DNA of 64,000 nucleotides from contig JBBTYL010000003.1 of NCBI GenBank assembly GCA_038061795.1, forward strand, positions 41 to 64,040, written 5' to 3'. The DNA is from Patescibacteria group bacterium (GTDB lineage: Bacteria; Patescibacteriota; Minisyncoccia; Phycocordibacterales; PALSA-1337). The notes under the pieces were generated by a model. That model did not search any database. It saw nothing but the letters and a program-made list of their open reading frames with translations, and was not told where the DNA came from. The translations under genes were made by a program, and so were the position numbers. Positions 25,275 to 33,707 of the stretch are shown here, one piece after another (the stretch's first letter is position 1; every line of letters starts with the position of its first letter).

Positions 25275-26666
25275 TTATAGCACATCCTGTGCGCCATTTC
25301 TGTAGATGGTGAGCGGCACGACATTCCATGAAGAAAGGACTGAAGTGACATACTTCCAAGCGCTTGTAACTTCCTCAGTGCTCGTAAAAAGCGTCTGGTC
25401 TCCGATTATTGCGTCATAAAGCACTCTTTCATAGGCATCTGGCAGGATAGCAAGCGAAGCAGAATCGCTGTACCTGAACTTGAGAAGCTTCGATTCAACA
25501 TCCATTGTGAATCCAGGAGTCTTAACCCAGAAACGGACTTTTATGCCCTCGTCGGGCTGAATCCTGAATGTTAAGATATTCTGTCTTTCCTCATCTTTCT
25601 CGTTTTTAAAATAGATATCGATTTCTGTTTTTGTTTCAGCGAGCGACTTTCCGCTTTCGAGATAGAAAGGAACGTTTTTCCAGCGGGCGCTGTTGATATA
25701 TGACTCTATCCTGAAATAGGTTTCGGTTTGAGTATATTCCTTTACCCCTCCTTCAAACTTATAGCCCTCGTATTGCCCTCGCACCACTCGAGAAGCAATA
25801 TTTTTTGCTGTCATGGGCTGCATACGGTTGAGTACTTTTGCGCGTTCGCTGCGGATGGTGGCAGCGTCGGTCGATGCTGGAGGCTCCATTGCAATCAGCG
25901 CAAGCATTTGAAGCATATGATTCTGTCCGACATCCTTGAGAGCTCCTATGCCGTCGTAAAAAACGCCGCGGCCTTCCATTCCGATCTTCTCAAGCAGTTT
26001 AATATGGACCTTGTCTACATATTTTCGATTCCAGAGCGGTTCAAAAAGAGAGTTTGAGAATCGAAAAGCAAGGATATTCTGCAAAGCTTCTTTTGCAAGG
26101 TAATGATCGATTCGAAAAACTTGATTCTCATCGAAAAGCTCTCCAAGCTTCTTGTCGAGCTTCTTTGCCATCTCGCTGTCATTTCCAAACGGCTTTTCAA
26201 CGAGAATTCGCGTCCATCCCTCATCTCCACCGCAAGGAATAGTCAGTCCGGAGTTTGAAAGATGCTGGAAAATTGATTCGTAAAGAGATGGCGGGATAGA
26301 GAGGTGGAACAATTTGTTCGAGCATTGGTGGAAGGTGTCATCGATGTTCTTCAGTCTTTGCGCAAGCTGCGCATATGAGGAAGATGCATCGAAATTGCCC
26401 TGCTCATAATACATATGATCAATGAAGTGCTTCACCTCCTCTTCCTGATACTGGCCGGGCTTGATATTCATGTTCTCACGCACGTAAACTCGGAAATCCT
26501 CGCGGGTGAATGGCTTTCGGGAAAAACCTACGATCGCAAACTTACTCGGAAGCTGTTTTTTAACATACAGATTCAACAAAGCAGGAAGGAGCTTCCTTCC
26601 TGCTAAGTCTCCGGTAATGCCGAAGATAATGAATATTGTTGGTGTGGCTGTAGTTACTCCGTTCAT
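25275..26666 (-). CDS. zwf: Glucose-6-phosphate 1-dehydrogenase
   Basis: IFGITGDLAGRKLLPALLNLY NADP-binding motif and the RIDHYLAKE active-site motif. Confidence 0.92.
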   Translation of the reverse strand: MNGVTTATPTIFIIFGITGDLAGRKLLPALLNLYVKKQLPSKFAIVGFSRKPFTREDFRVYVRENMNIKPGQYQEEEVKHFIDHMYYEQGNFDASSSYAQLAQRLKNIDDTFHQCSNKLFHLSIPPSLYESIFQHLSNSGLTIPCGGDEGWTRILVEKPFGNDSEMAKKLDKKLGELFDENQVFRIDHYLAKEALQNILAFRFSNSLFEPLWNRKYVDKVHIKLLEKIGMEGRGVFYDGIGALKDVGQNHMLQMLALIAMEPPASTDAATIRSERAKVLNRMQPMTAKNIASRVVRGQYEGYKFEGGVKEYTQTETYFRIESYINSARWKNVPFYLESGKSLAETKTEIDIYFKNEKDEERQNILTFRIQPDEGIKVRFWVKTPGFTMDVESKLLKFRYSDSASLAILPDAYERVLYDAIIGDQTLFTSTEEVTSAWKYVTSVLSSWNVVPLTIYRNGAQDVL

Positions 26667-26691
26667 GAGTACCTATGATACCACAATTGGT

Positions 26692-28686
26692 TTAGATGAT
26701 GAATGCGACGATAAGAAGCGCAACGATGTTGAGAATCTTGATCATCGGATTGATGGCTGGACCAGCAGTATCCTTGTAAGGGTCTCCAACTGTGTCTCCA
26801 GTAACTGCTGCTTTGTGTGCATCGCTTCCCTTTCCTCCATGATTTCCCTGTTCAATATGCTTCTTTGCATTGTCCCATGCACCTCCTCCAGATGTCATTG
26901 AGATCGCTACGAAGAGTCCTGTGACGATCGAACCAACGAGAAGCCCTCCGAGGGCGACTGGGCCAAGAACAAATCCTACAAGGATAGGAGCAAGAACCGG
27001 AATAAGGGCAGGAATGATCATCTGCTTGATAGCCGCTGATGTAACAATATCAACGCATCGCGCATAGTCAGGCTTTGCAGTTCCTGCCATAATTCCAGGT
27101 ATTTCTCGGAACTGTCGGCGAACTTCATCAACAACCTGTCCCGCTGCCTTTCCAACTGACTCCATCGAAAGAGCCGCGAAATAGTACGGGAGCAGTCCTC
27201 CGATGAATAGACCGACAATGACCAAAGGATCTCCGAGCTCAAATAACAAACCATGAGTTTCCTGTGTGTATGATGCGAAGAGAACGAGAGCAGCAAATCC
27301 TGCTGAACCGATAGCATATCCCTTTGTAACTGCCTTCGTCGTATTTCCGACTGCATCAAGGGGATCGGTGATGTCTCGAATTTCCTGTGGAAGATGCGAC
27401 ATTTCTGCAATGCCTCCAGCGTTATCAGTAATAGGTCCGAATGCATCGATAGCGACGATAACGCCTGCCATTGAAAGCATGCTCATGGCTGCGATAGCAA
27501 TACCGTAAAGACCAGCAAAGTAATGCGTAAGAAGGATTCCAGCAACAATCGTGATCAATGGCCAAGCTGTCGACTTCATTGAGATCGCAAGTCCCTGGAT
27601 GATATTCGTTCCATGACCTGAATTTGAAGCATGGGCGATAGACTGAACTGGCTTGTACTTCGTAGATGTGTAGTATTCCGTAATAAGTACAAGTGCTGCT
27701 GTTACGAGAAGACCGACAATTGCACATCCGAAGAGATCCATGACTTCATATCGGCCATTAGCTGACATCATGATTCGAGTTACGAAATAAAATGCGATTG
27801 CCGAAAGAACTCCAGCCACAGCAAGGCCTTTGTACATAGCACCCATGATGTTGTTTGACTTTCCAAGCTTCACGAACCAGGTTCCGATGATGGATGCGAA
27901 AATCGCGACTCCGCCGAGTACAAGAGGATAAACGACAGCGCTTTCCATCGCTGAGCCAGCTTCGCCAAAGGTAACAACTGCAAGCATCATGGCTGCGATA
28001 GTCGTAACTGCGTATGTTTCAAAAAGGTCAGCTGCCATACCTGCGCAGTCTCCGACGTTGTCTCCAACGTTGTCAGCAATAACTCCTGGGTTTCGTGGAT
28101 CATCTTCTGGAATTCCTGCTTCAACCTTTCCTACGAGATCAGTTCCCACGTCAGCTGCCTTTGTGAAAATACCTCCTCCAAGTCTAGCGAATACTGAGAT
28201 AAGGCTTGAACCGAATGCAAGTCCGATAAGAGCTGGCACGTCCTGAGTAAGACCATAAAATCCTGCGACACCGAGAAGCGCGAGACCAACAACGAGAAGT
28301 CCAGTGACAGCGCCACCATTGAAGGCAAGCTTGAGAGCTGCACCGAGACCATTTCGAGCTGCTTCAGCTGTTCGCACATTCGCTCGTACTGATACGTTCA
28401 TCCCTATATATCCTGCGAGTGCAGAAAATACTGCACCAATCAAAAATCCGAAAGCTGTCTTTATGCCAAGAGTTGGCCAAAGGACGATAAAGAGGACGGC
28501 TGCGATGATTCCGATAGTCTTGTACTGTCGGTTCAAATAAGCCTTCGCTCCCTGTTGGATGGCAAGAGCGATTTCCTGCATCTTTTCGTTGCCTGCTGGC
28601 TTCTTTAGGATTGATTTTATTAAAAAGATACCGTATCCGATCGCTACCAATGAGCTTACTATCGCAAATATAACTGAAGCATTCAT
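26692..28686 (-). CDS. hppA: Membrane-bound proton/sodium-translocating pyrophosphatase
   Basis: 664 aa, polytopic. [18 protein letters not shown] and [21 protein letters not shown] signature motifs. Confidence 0.95.
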   Translation of the reverse strand: MNASVIFAIVSSLVAIGYGIFLIKSILKKPAGNEKMQEIALAIQQGAKAYLNRQYKTIGIIAAVLFIVLWPTLGIKTAFGFLIGAVFSALAGYIGMNVSVRANVRTAEAARNGLGAALKLAFNGGAVTGLLVVGLALLGVAGFYGLTQDVPALIGLAFGSSLISVFARLGGGIFTKAADVGTDLVGKVEAGIPEDDPRNPGVIADNVGDNVGDCAGMAADLFETYAVTTIAAMMLAVVTFGEAGSAMESAVVYPLVLGGVAIFASIIGTWFVKLGKSNNIMGAMYKGLAVAGVLSAIAFYFVTRIMMSANGRYEVMDLFGCAIVGLLVTAALVLITEYYTSTKYKPVQSIAHASNSGHGTNIIQGLAISMKSTAWPLITIVAGILLTHYFAGLYGIAIAAMSMLSMAGVIVAIDAFGPITDNAGGIAEMSHLPQEIRDITDPLDAVGNTTKAVTKGYAIGSAGFAALVLFASYTQETHGLLFELGDPLVIVGLFIGGLLPYYFAALSMESVGKAAGQVVDEVRRQFREIPGIMAGTAKPDYARCVDIVTSAAIKQMIIPALIPVLAPILVGFVLGPVALGGLLVGSIVTGLFVAISMTSGGGAWDNAKKHIEQGNHGGKGSDAHKAAVTGDTVGDPYKDTAGPAINPMIKILNIVALLIVAFII

Positions 28687-28762
28687 AATAAATGATTAAT
28701 TAACGTATTATTTATAATTTAACAATACGAAGGATAATAACATATTTCTGAAATTTGGCTAG

Positions 28763-28787
28763 CAAAAACCGCCCTTTGAAGGCGGTT
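28763..28787 (-). terminator. Rho-independent terminator after 28811..29539
   Basis: Minus strand AACCGCC-UUCAAAG-GGCGGUU followed by UUUUGC. Confidence 0.55.
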
Positions 28788-28810
28788 GAAGCTATAAAAA
28801 TGAAAGGGTG

Positions 28811-29539
28811 TTAATAGAACTCAACAATCACTGCTCCACCTGCAGAGCCACCGAAGTCTAGATATGGTCCTGAAAAATTCAGATCGCCACCTATCCCATT
28901 ACCGTCAGAAGTATAATAGCCGTTATATGATCCATTTGTAGCATTGATTTCAATGGATCCAAGTGTAAACTTTGACTGACTTGCGGGCCTACTAGTTCTA
29001 CCTATGTGAATCTGTGCGACATCACCGGGACTAACTGAAATAATCTTTTGGGCTACACCTCCATAACCAGTAGATATCACACCGCCTTGAGGTGTACCTT
29101 GACTCCAAGCTGCACCGATTACAGTAACCTTCGCAAAACTTGCTCCGTTTGGAACAATCCATGAATCATCACTAGTTGTGTTAAATAAGACAATCCCTGA
29201 TGCCCGTGACATTTGAGATGGCAGTGATTTCCATCCAACTTTTCCATCTGAATTAATTGCTGTAAGAACCTGATCTGGAATTACAGGGCTTGGATCAGCA
29301 TTTCGCACTGTAAGATCCGGCGTAATAACCGACATGAGCGTCAGTAGGCCGGTCTTGAGCTGCGAATACGGCACAATGCCTACATCATTTCCGCCAATCG
29401 TGACTGGAGCATCAGCGTTACAGTCTGGAGGAGCGCATTTCGGTCCAGTAAACGTAGCGGCCACTGCGTAACCCATACCGACGGTCAGCACGAGTCCCAG
29501 TATGATTGCCTTTATATTATTTTTCATATTTGTTTTCAT
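28811..29539 (-). CDS. Secreted hypothetical protein (signal peptide, Gly-rich C-terminus)
   Basis: MKTNMKNNIKAIILGLVLTVGMGYAVAA signal-like N-terminus. No family recognised. Confidence 0.55.
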   Translation of the reverse strand: MKTNMKNNIKAIILGLVLTVGMGYAVAATFTGPKCAPPDCNADAPVTIGGNDVGIVPYSQLKTGLLTLMSVITPDLTVRNADPSPVIPDQVLTAINSDGKVGWKSLPSQMSRASGIVLFNTTSDDSWIVPNGASFAKVTVIGAAWSQGTPQGGVISTGYGGVAQKIISVSPGDVAQIHIGRTSRPASQSKFTLGSIEINATNGSYNGYYTSDGNGIGGDLNFSGPYLDFGGSAGGAVIVEFY

Positions 29540-29540
29540 A

Positions 29541-29852
29541 TTATATTTCCTGCTGTCCTCTTATTTTTTTAATATCACTGAATGCCCTTTCTTTCTGCTG
29601 CTGACTGATCGGAGGCGCTGTCGATATCTGGTCTTTTATCTCCTCAAAAGCCTGCTGCTTTTGCGTGTTCAGGATTTCGGCATTTGAATCATTAGAAGAT
29701 CCAGTGTTGATCTGTGACGGCAAAATCATCGTGAAATAGACAGTGAAGCCCGCCGCGAGGACGCAGACTAGTATAAAAAGGAGGACATGTATCTGCTTGT
29801 TGTGATGAAGAACTGGAATGTTAAGAGGCTCGCTTTGATTCTGGTTGTCCAT
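29541..29852 (-). CDS. Membrane-anchored hypothetical protein (103 aa)
   Basis: Single TM IHVLLFILVCVLAAGFTVYFTMIL. Its stop lies 1 nt before the start of 28811..29539. Confidence 0.5.
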   Translation of the reverse strand: MDNQNQSEPLNIPVLHHNKQIHVLLFILVCVLAAGFTVYFTMILPSQINTGSSNDSNAEILNTQKQQAFEEIKDQISTAPPISQQQKERAFSDIKKIRGQQEI

Positions 29853-29914
29853 GTTGCTTATAAGTATAGCATCATATTATTTTTAGCTGGTAAAGATGCG
29901 GTGTGGATAAGTTC

Positions 29915-29953
29915 ATAAAAGAAAATCGCGCCGGATGCCGTATCCGAGCGCGA
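29915..29953 (-). terminator. Rho-independent terminator after 29962..30819
   Basis: Minus strand UCGCGCUCGGAU-N5-AUCCGGCGCGA extended hairpin followed by UUUUCUUUU. Confidence 0.6.
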
Positions 29954-29961
29954 AATCTGAA

Positions 29962-30819
29962 TTACCACAGTCTGCTGAAGCCGACAAGCGTAGAGCCATT
30001 TTTGCTCAGCTGCTCGCCGATGAAAAGGAAGCCATTTTTCCCTATCTTTCTTTCGAGGCGAATAACACCAACGCTCACTGTCCCGTATTCAGCACTTTCC
30101 TCTGTTGGCGTGTAAGCGAAAGTTGTATCAAGCGACCATCTCTTATCTAGAGGTACCGAGACAAGAAACTTCACCTGAAAAGATTCCAACTTGCGGTAGT
30201 AGCACCGCGCATTGATGAAAGCCAATTCCCGCTTATTCCTCCGTACCTGGGTACTGAAGAAAAAGTAAGGGCTCGCGGCGGGGCGAAGACCGTAATCATA
30301 CCCAGAACCTCTCCTTAAACTTTCTAGCCAGCTTTCTTTCGAAGGCTGGAATGCGAGTGAGTTCTTATCAAGCGACTCTTCCGCGGTGCCATTGATGGTA
30401 TTGCGGACAAAAATGCTTGTGAGTTTATTGGCCCTATCCGAGAAAAATACACCGAGACCATCCATGCTATTTTCGTAGAGTCCACGAAAGAAGAAGTATC
30501 CAGCCGATTCCTCACCTATTTGTCGCCCTGCATCAGCAAAGGAATCAGTCATGATGTCCTCGCCAATGGAGTTGATTTGCTCACCACTGAAGGCAAATGG
30601 ATCTGGATAGAGCCTTAGGGTAAGGTCCTGCATAAAGTTCTGATGCCCATGCTCTCCAGCATACGTCACAAGTCTCTCAAAAAAATCTTCTGGAGTACCT
30701 GTAATTTTAGAAATGTAGAGTGTGTTCGTATTTACTACTACGTTAGTTTCCTGGGCAAAAGAATCAAGACCACCCAGATAAACAAGAAAAAAGAAACCGA
30801 AAAAGGGTCTGGTTTTCAT
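29962..30819 (-). CDS. Secreted protein with outer-membrane beta-barrel-like features (tentative)
   Basis: Signal peptide MKTRPFFGFFFLVYLGGLDSFAQE. The C-terminal third shows alternating hydrophobic strands and ends ...TLVGFSRLW (aromatic terminal residue). The ORF track starts it at 30867. Confidence 0.45.
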   Translation of the reverse strand: MKTRPFFGFFFLVYLGGLDSFAQETNVVVNTNTLYISKITGTPEDFFERLVTYAGEHGHQNFMQDLTLRLYPDPFAFSGEQINSIGEDIMTDSFADAGRQIGEESAGYFFFRGLYENSMDGLGVFFSDRANKLTSIFVRNTINGTAEESLDKNSLAFQPSKESWLESLRRGSGYDYGLRPAASPYFFFSTQVRRNKRELAFINARCYYRKLESFQVKFLVSVPLDKRWSLDTTFAYTPTEESAEYGTVSVGVIRLERKIGKNGFLFIGEQLSKNGSTLVGFSRLW

Positions 30820-30900
30820 GATTGCGGGGTTGGGGTTGGTTTGACTTACGATGAACTGAAAACTCACACAAGCATACTCTTAAAATGCCACTATGCAAGC

Positions 30901-31467
30901 TTAGTATTTTCGTATCACGCCTTTGACCACTGCTGCAATTCTCATGTCGTTTTCAGGATAAATTGGTCCGTATTTCTTGTTTGCAGGTTGCAAATAGAAA
31001 GTGTTCCCTTTTTTCTTAAAATACTTCATTGTCCATCCTCCATCAACTTCAGCAATGACAATATCATTCTCTTTTGGATCATCAGTTCGCTCGGCTATAA
31101 CTAGATCTCCTTCATTTATTCCAGCCTCGATCATTGAATCCCCTTTTACTTTCAAAAGAAAAGATGCTGGCCTGTTTTTAATCAAATAGTTATCGAGATT
31201 GAGCGTATCGAGAGCCTCCTCTTCTGCAACAGTCGGGATGCCGGCTTCGACAAGTCCCAAAAGCTTAACTTCCTGAAAAAGATTCTTCGGGGTAAGCCTT
31301 CCTGATTCATCTTTATCGACAAAGCCAGCATCAATGAGCTTATTGATGACCTTGTAGACTGCATTCTTGGACTTGAAACCGAGAAGCTTCATGATTTCCG
31401 CGTATGTCGGCATCCTCTTCTGCCGTTCATAAAATGCAAATATTTTGTTCTTGTAGGTTTCTATCAT
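30901..31467 (-). CDS. lexA: LexA repressor (S24 peptidase)
   Basis: Winged-HTH N-terminus (PTYAEIMKLLGFKSKNAVYKVINKLIDAGFV) and the S24 domain VKGDSMIEAGINEGDLVI...MKYFKK. Confidence 0.9.
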   Translation of the reverse strand: MIETYKNKIFAFYERQKRMPTYAEIMKLLGFKSKNAVYKVINKLIDAGFVDKDESGRLTPKNLFQEVKLLGLVEAGIPTVAEEEALDTLNLDNYLIKNRPASFLLKVKGDSMIEAGINEGDLVIAERTDDPKENDIVIAEVDGGWTMKYFKKKGNTFYLQPANKKYGPIYPENDMRIAAVVKGVIRKY

Positions 31468-31476
31468 TATTGAGTA

Positions 31477-31686
31477 TTATAATACGAAGCTCGCAAGAAC
31501 GTGAGACATCCTTCTGAGCACGCTTGTTCGTGGCCGGCAGTTCGTTATGTAAAACTGCGACGCAAGAAACTTATGCCTTCGCGCTTCAGCCTTGTACGGA
31601 AGGCCCTTTATGATCTTGAGATCAATGACTTCATTCAGCTTCTTGATTTCCTTCCTAATGGTGATTTTTTGAAAAAATGTGCTCAT
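31477..31686 (-). CDS. Hypothetical 69-aa basic protein, first gene of the lexA operon
   Basis: ORF ends 10 nt before lexA and lies directly downstream of the LexA-box promoter. Confidence 0.45.
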   Translation of the reverse strand: MSTFFQKITIRKEIKKLNEVIDLKIIKGLPYKAEARRHKFLASQFYITNCRPRTSVLRRMSHVLASFVL

Positions 31687-31734
31687 AACTTTTTATTGAT
31701 TAATGTTGCAATGCAACGTTTCTGTTATGTATAT

Positions 31735-31763
31735 AGTATAAGTGAACAATCGTTCACCTGCAA
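31735..31763 (-). promoter_or_regulatory. Promoter TTGCAG-N17-TATACT of the lexA operon
   Basis: -35 at 31758..31763 and -10 at 31735..31740, with a 17-nt spacer that contains the LexA box. Confidence 0.6.
31742..31757. promoter_or_regulatory. LexA operator (Cheo-box type GAAC-N4-GTTC) within the perfect palindrome GTGAACAATCGTTCAC
   Basis: GAACAATCGTTC at 31744..31755 matches the Gram-positive-type SOS box. It lies inside the promoter spacer upstream of lexA. Confidence 0.7.
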
Positions 31764-31879
31764 GGGGGGACTGGGGATAACTCAAATTGGAAAGGAAAAA
31801 CTGGCTGATGCCAGTCTTTTCTTTCGTGGTAGACTTCAGTATTGAAAATGTAAACCAAGTTATAAGAGAACTTGAATAC

Positions 31880-32458
31880 CTAGAAAGTATTTTGTAACGC
31901 CTTAACAGTTTCAACTAATTTTTCTGGTTCTGCTACACTTACATTAAATGTAGTTAGTAGTGGGAACACATCGTTTACATTTCCTAAATGATCACGGTAC
32001 TGTAGCGGTGTATTAAATTCAAAACATACTGCTCTAGGAACGTTTACGAGGAAAAGCTCGAATGGGAAACGGCCAATTGATGTTCTCTTAGGATTTTCCG
32101 TAACATAAACATTTTTAATATTAGAAATTTGAAAATAAAACTGAAATTTCACACGACCAAAAGCCATATAAAAGTTTTCTGGAACTTCTTTGTAAAGTCC
32201 CTTATACCACAATTTATCACCGAGCGAAATTATCCTGCCATCCTTGGTTACCGTGACTTTTCTTGAAAAGCCCCTGAAATAAATTACTACGAATAATATA
32301 TAAAATAGATAGAATGCAATTGCAAGGTAGGTCATTTCACTTCCTATAAGTGTACTCATGAGCAAAAGAGCTGGCACACTCACAACAATTATCCATATTA
32401 GGATAAACTTCTGGGACTTTGAAAGCGCGTTCCTAAAGTTGATATTGTGTATGGACAT
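31880..32458 (-). CDS. Hypothetical membrane protein (2 N-terminal TM helices plus a soluble domain), AT-rich
   Basis: 192-aa ORF. No family recognised. Confidence 0.5.
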   Translation of the reverse strand: MSIHNINFRNALSKSQKFILIWIIVVSVPALLLMSTLIGSEMTYLAIAFYLFYILFVVIYFRGFSRKVTVTKDGRIISLGDKLWYKGLYKEVPENFYMAFGRVKFQFYFQISNIKNVYVTENPKRTSIGRFPFELFLVNVPRAVCFEFNTPLQYRDHLGNVNDVFPLLTTFNVSVAEPEKLVETVKALQNTF

Positions 32459-32619
32459 GTATCTTTATTTATTTTAATACTATAACACACAAACATTAAT
32501 CTGTGGACTTCAATATTCCATTATGGAACCAATTCGCTAAGGAATGCGAGAGATTGAAGCTTATATTGAAAGCAGATAAGGCCATATTGTAAATTACCCC
32601 ACAGCTACACCCACTATAA

Positions 32620-33291
32620 TTATTTCGAGAAAAGCGTCTTTTCAGGCGGCTTAATGAACTTCCTCATTTCAACATCAGAGAAAACTCTTTGAACGTCAGT
32701 CTTATTGAACATCATCATGAGTGGCTTCGTTGATTTTTCTGGGTTGCTGGCATCGGGAATAGAGAACCCTATATATTCAACCTTCTTTTTCATTCTATTT
32801 CTAACCCAATCTATCGCTGGCACGAGATCGGAGTCAGAGCTGACAACAATGGCAGTGTCATATTTATTATCAAAAGCTCCTACCAATAAATCTGTTGCGA
32901 TTTTTACATCTATACCCTTTTCTCTCATTCTTTCGGTATGTATCTTTTCTATGCCTATTTTCTTGAGCTTTTTATACTCAAGAACACGATTATCGACAAC
33001 CAGTTCCTCAATTCTCGTTCTTAACTTGCTTGTCTTTATATCCCAGCCACACTTTTTAAGAATGGTAAAAAGCTTCGTCTGTTTCGACATCAGTTCTTTG
33101 CTAAGCAGATCACCTTCTTTCTCGCGAATGGTGCCTTTATAAAACCTTTTTGAATTTTCACTGGCAGTACGACCATCAATAAGAAGACTAGCAAAAGCCT
33201 CAAAATCAAAATCATTCTCTTTGATGCCAAGCTTCTTTACCACCAAGTGATAAAAATTGCCACCATCTATGTATACAGTAATCCTTTCCAT
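32620..33291 (-). CDS. NYN-domain (LabA/DUF88-like) putative ribonuclease
   Basis: ITVYIDGGNFYH ... DTAIVVSSDSDLVPAIDWV are NYN/LabA motifs. Start set at MERITVY; the ORF track extends to 33327. Confidence 0.85.
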   Translation of the reverse strand: MERITVYIDGGNFYHLVVKKLGIKENDFDFEAFASLLIDGRTASENSKRFYKGTIREKEGDLLSKELMSKQTKLFTILKKCGWDIKTSKLRTRIEELVVDNRVLEYKKLKKIGIEKIHTERMREKGIDVKIATDLLVGAFDNKYDTAIVVSSDSDLVPAIDWVRNRMKKKVEYIGFSIPDASNPEKSTKPLMMMFNKTDVQRVFSDVEMRKFIKPPEKTLFSK

Positions 33292-33307
33292 GGTTTCCAT
33301 TATAACC

Positions 33308-33346
33308 CCAAAAAGAAACCCGCACACTCTTTGCAGAGGCGCGGGT
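33308..33346 (-). terminator. GNRA-capped hairpin plus U-tract between promoter 33360..33388 and the NYN gene (terminator or attenuator)
   Basis: Minus strand ACCCGCGCCUCU-GCAA-AGAGUGUGCGGGU (12 bp, one bulge) followed by UUCUUUUUGG. Confidence 0.55.
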
Positions 33347-33359
33347 GACTTATGCGCAT

Positions 33360-33388
33360 ACTATACAGGAATATCCCACAAAAATCAA
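33360..33388 (-). promoter_or_regulatory. Promoter TTGATT-N17-TATAGT
   Basis: -35 at 33383..33388 and -10 at 33360..33365, with an exact 17-nt spacer. Same -35 hexamer as the ychF promoter. Confidence 0.5.
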
Positions 33389-33560
33389 CTGTGGAAAAGT
33401 GCGAACAGCTGGAGGATAAAACTTGAGACATTACAGACTCGGTCACGGGTTCTCGCCTGTTGGCTCACCCTGCGACCCGAGAAAAGGTATCCCACACCCT
33501 TTCTCCCTTCGCCTTCGCTCAGTCCGGCTTTCTCGTCCAAGTGAAGTCACTAGGCATAGA
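33389..33560 (-). ncRNA. Candidate structured RNA of unknown class (G+C-rich, purine-rich on the minus strand)
   Basis: No credible ORF. Nested helices by eye (CUCGGGUC...GACCGAG, GAGAAAGG...CCUUUUCUC, ACUUGGAC...GUCUCAAGU). Lies directly after tRNA-Ala. Strand and ends are uncertain. Confidence 0.25.
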
Positions 33561-33589
33561 AAAAAGAGTGACAGGTGTCACTCTTTTTT
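33560..33589. terminator. Bidirectional terminator AAAAAAGAGUGAC-N4-GUCACUCUUUUUU downstream of tRNA-Ala
   Basis: Perfect 8-bp stem flanked by an A6 run and a T6 run. Confidence 0.65.
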
Positions 33590-33596
33590 CATGCTG

Positions 33597-33669
33597 TGGA
33601 CCCTACAGGACTCGAACCTGCCACCCCCTCATTGCAAATGAGGTGCTCTACCAGATGAGCTAAGGGCCC
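33597..33669 (-). tRNA. tRNA-Ala (anticodon UGC), CCA not encoded
   Basis: Hand-folded cloverleaf, 73 nt. Anticodon loop UUUGCAA, G3:U70 alanine identity pair, GGTTCGAGTCC T-arm. Confidence 0.93.
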
Positions 33670-33679
33670 AGTGGAAAAT

Positions 33680-33707
33680 ATTCTACCCTATTTCTTGTTA
33701 ATTGCAA
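33680..33707 (-). promoter_or_regulatory. tRNA-Ala promoter TTGCAA-N16-TAGAAT
   Basis: -35 at 33702..33707 (inside the ddl 3' end) and -10 at 33680..33685. The tRNA 5' end lies 10 nt after the -10. Confidence 0.5.

Noticed and set aside
25265-25351. Long form of the small ORF (104 aa) overlapping the zwf 3' end by 77 nt
   Set aside because: The overlap is implausibly long. An internal ATG at 25264 gives a non-overlapping 75-aa product.
33389-33560. Miniature RNase P RNA or SRP RNA
   Set aside because: A few strings resemble RNase P CR-I and P10-12 sequences. There is no partner strand for P4 (no CCGGCUU-like segment), the region is less than 200 nt, and no GNRA-capped helix-8 motif with an AGCA loop typical of SRP RNA is present. 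It is kept only as an unclassified candidate.
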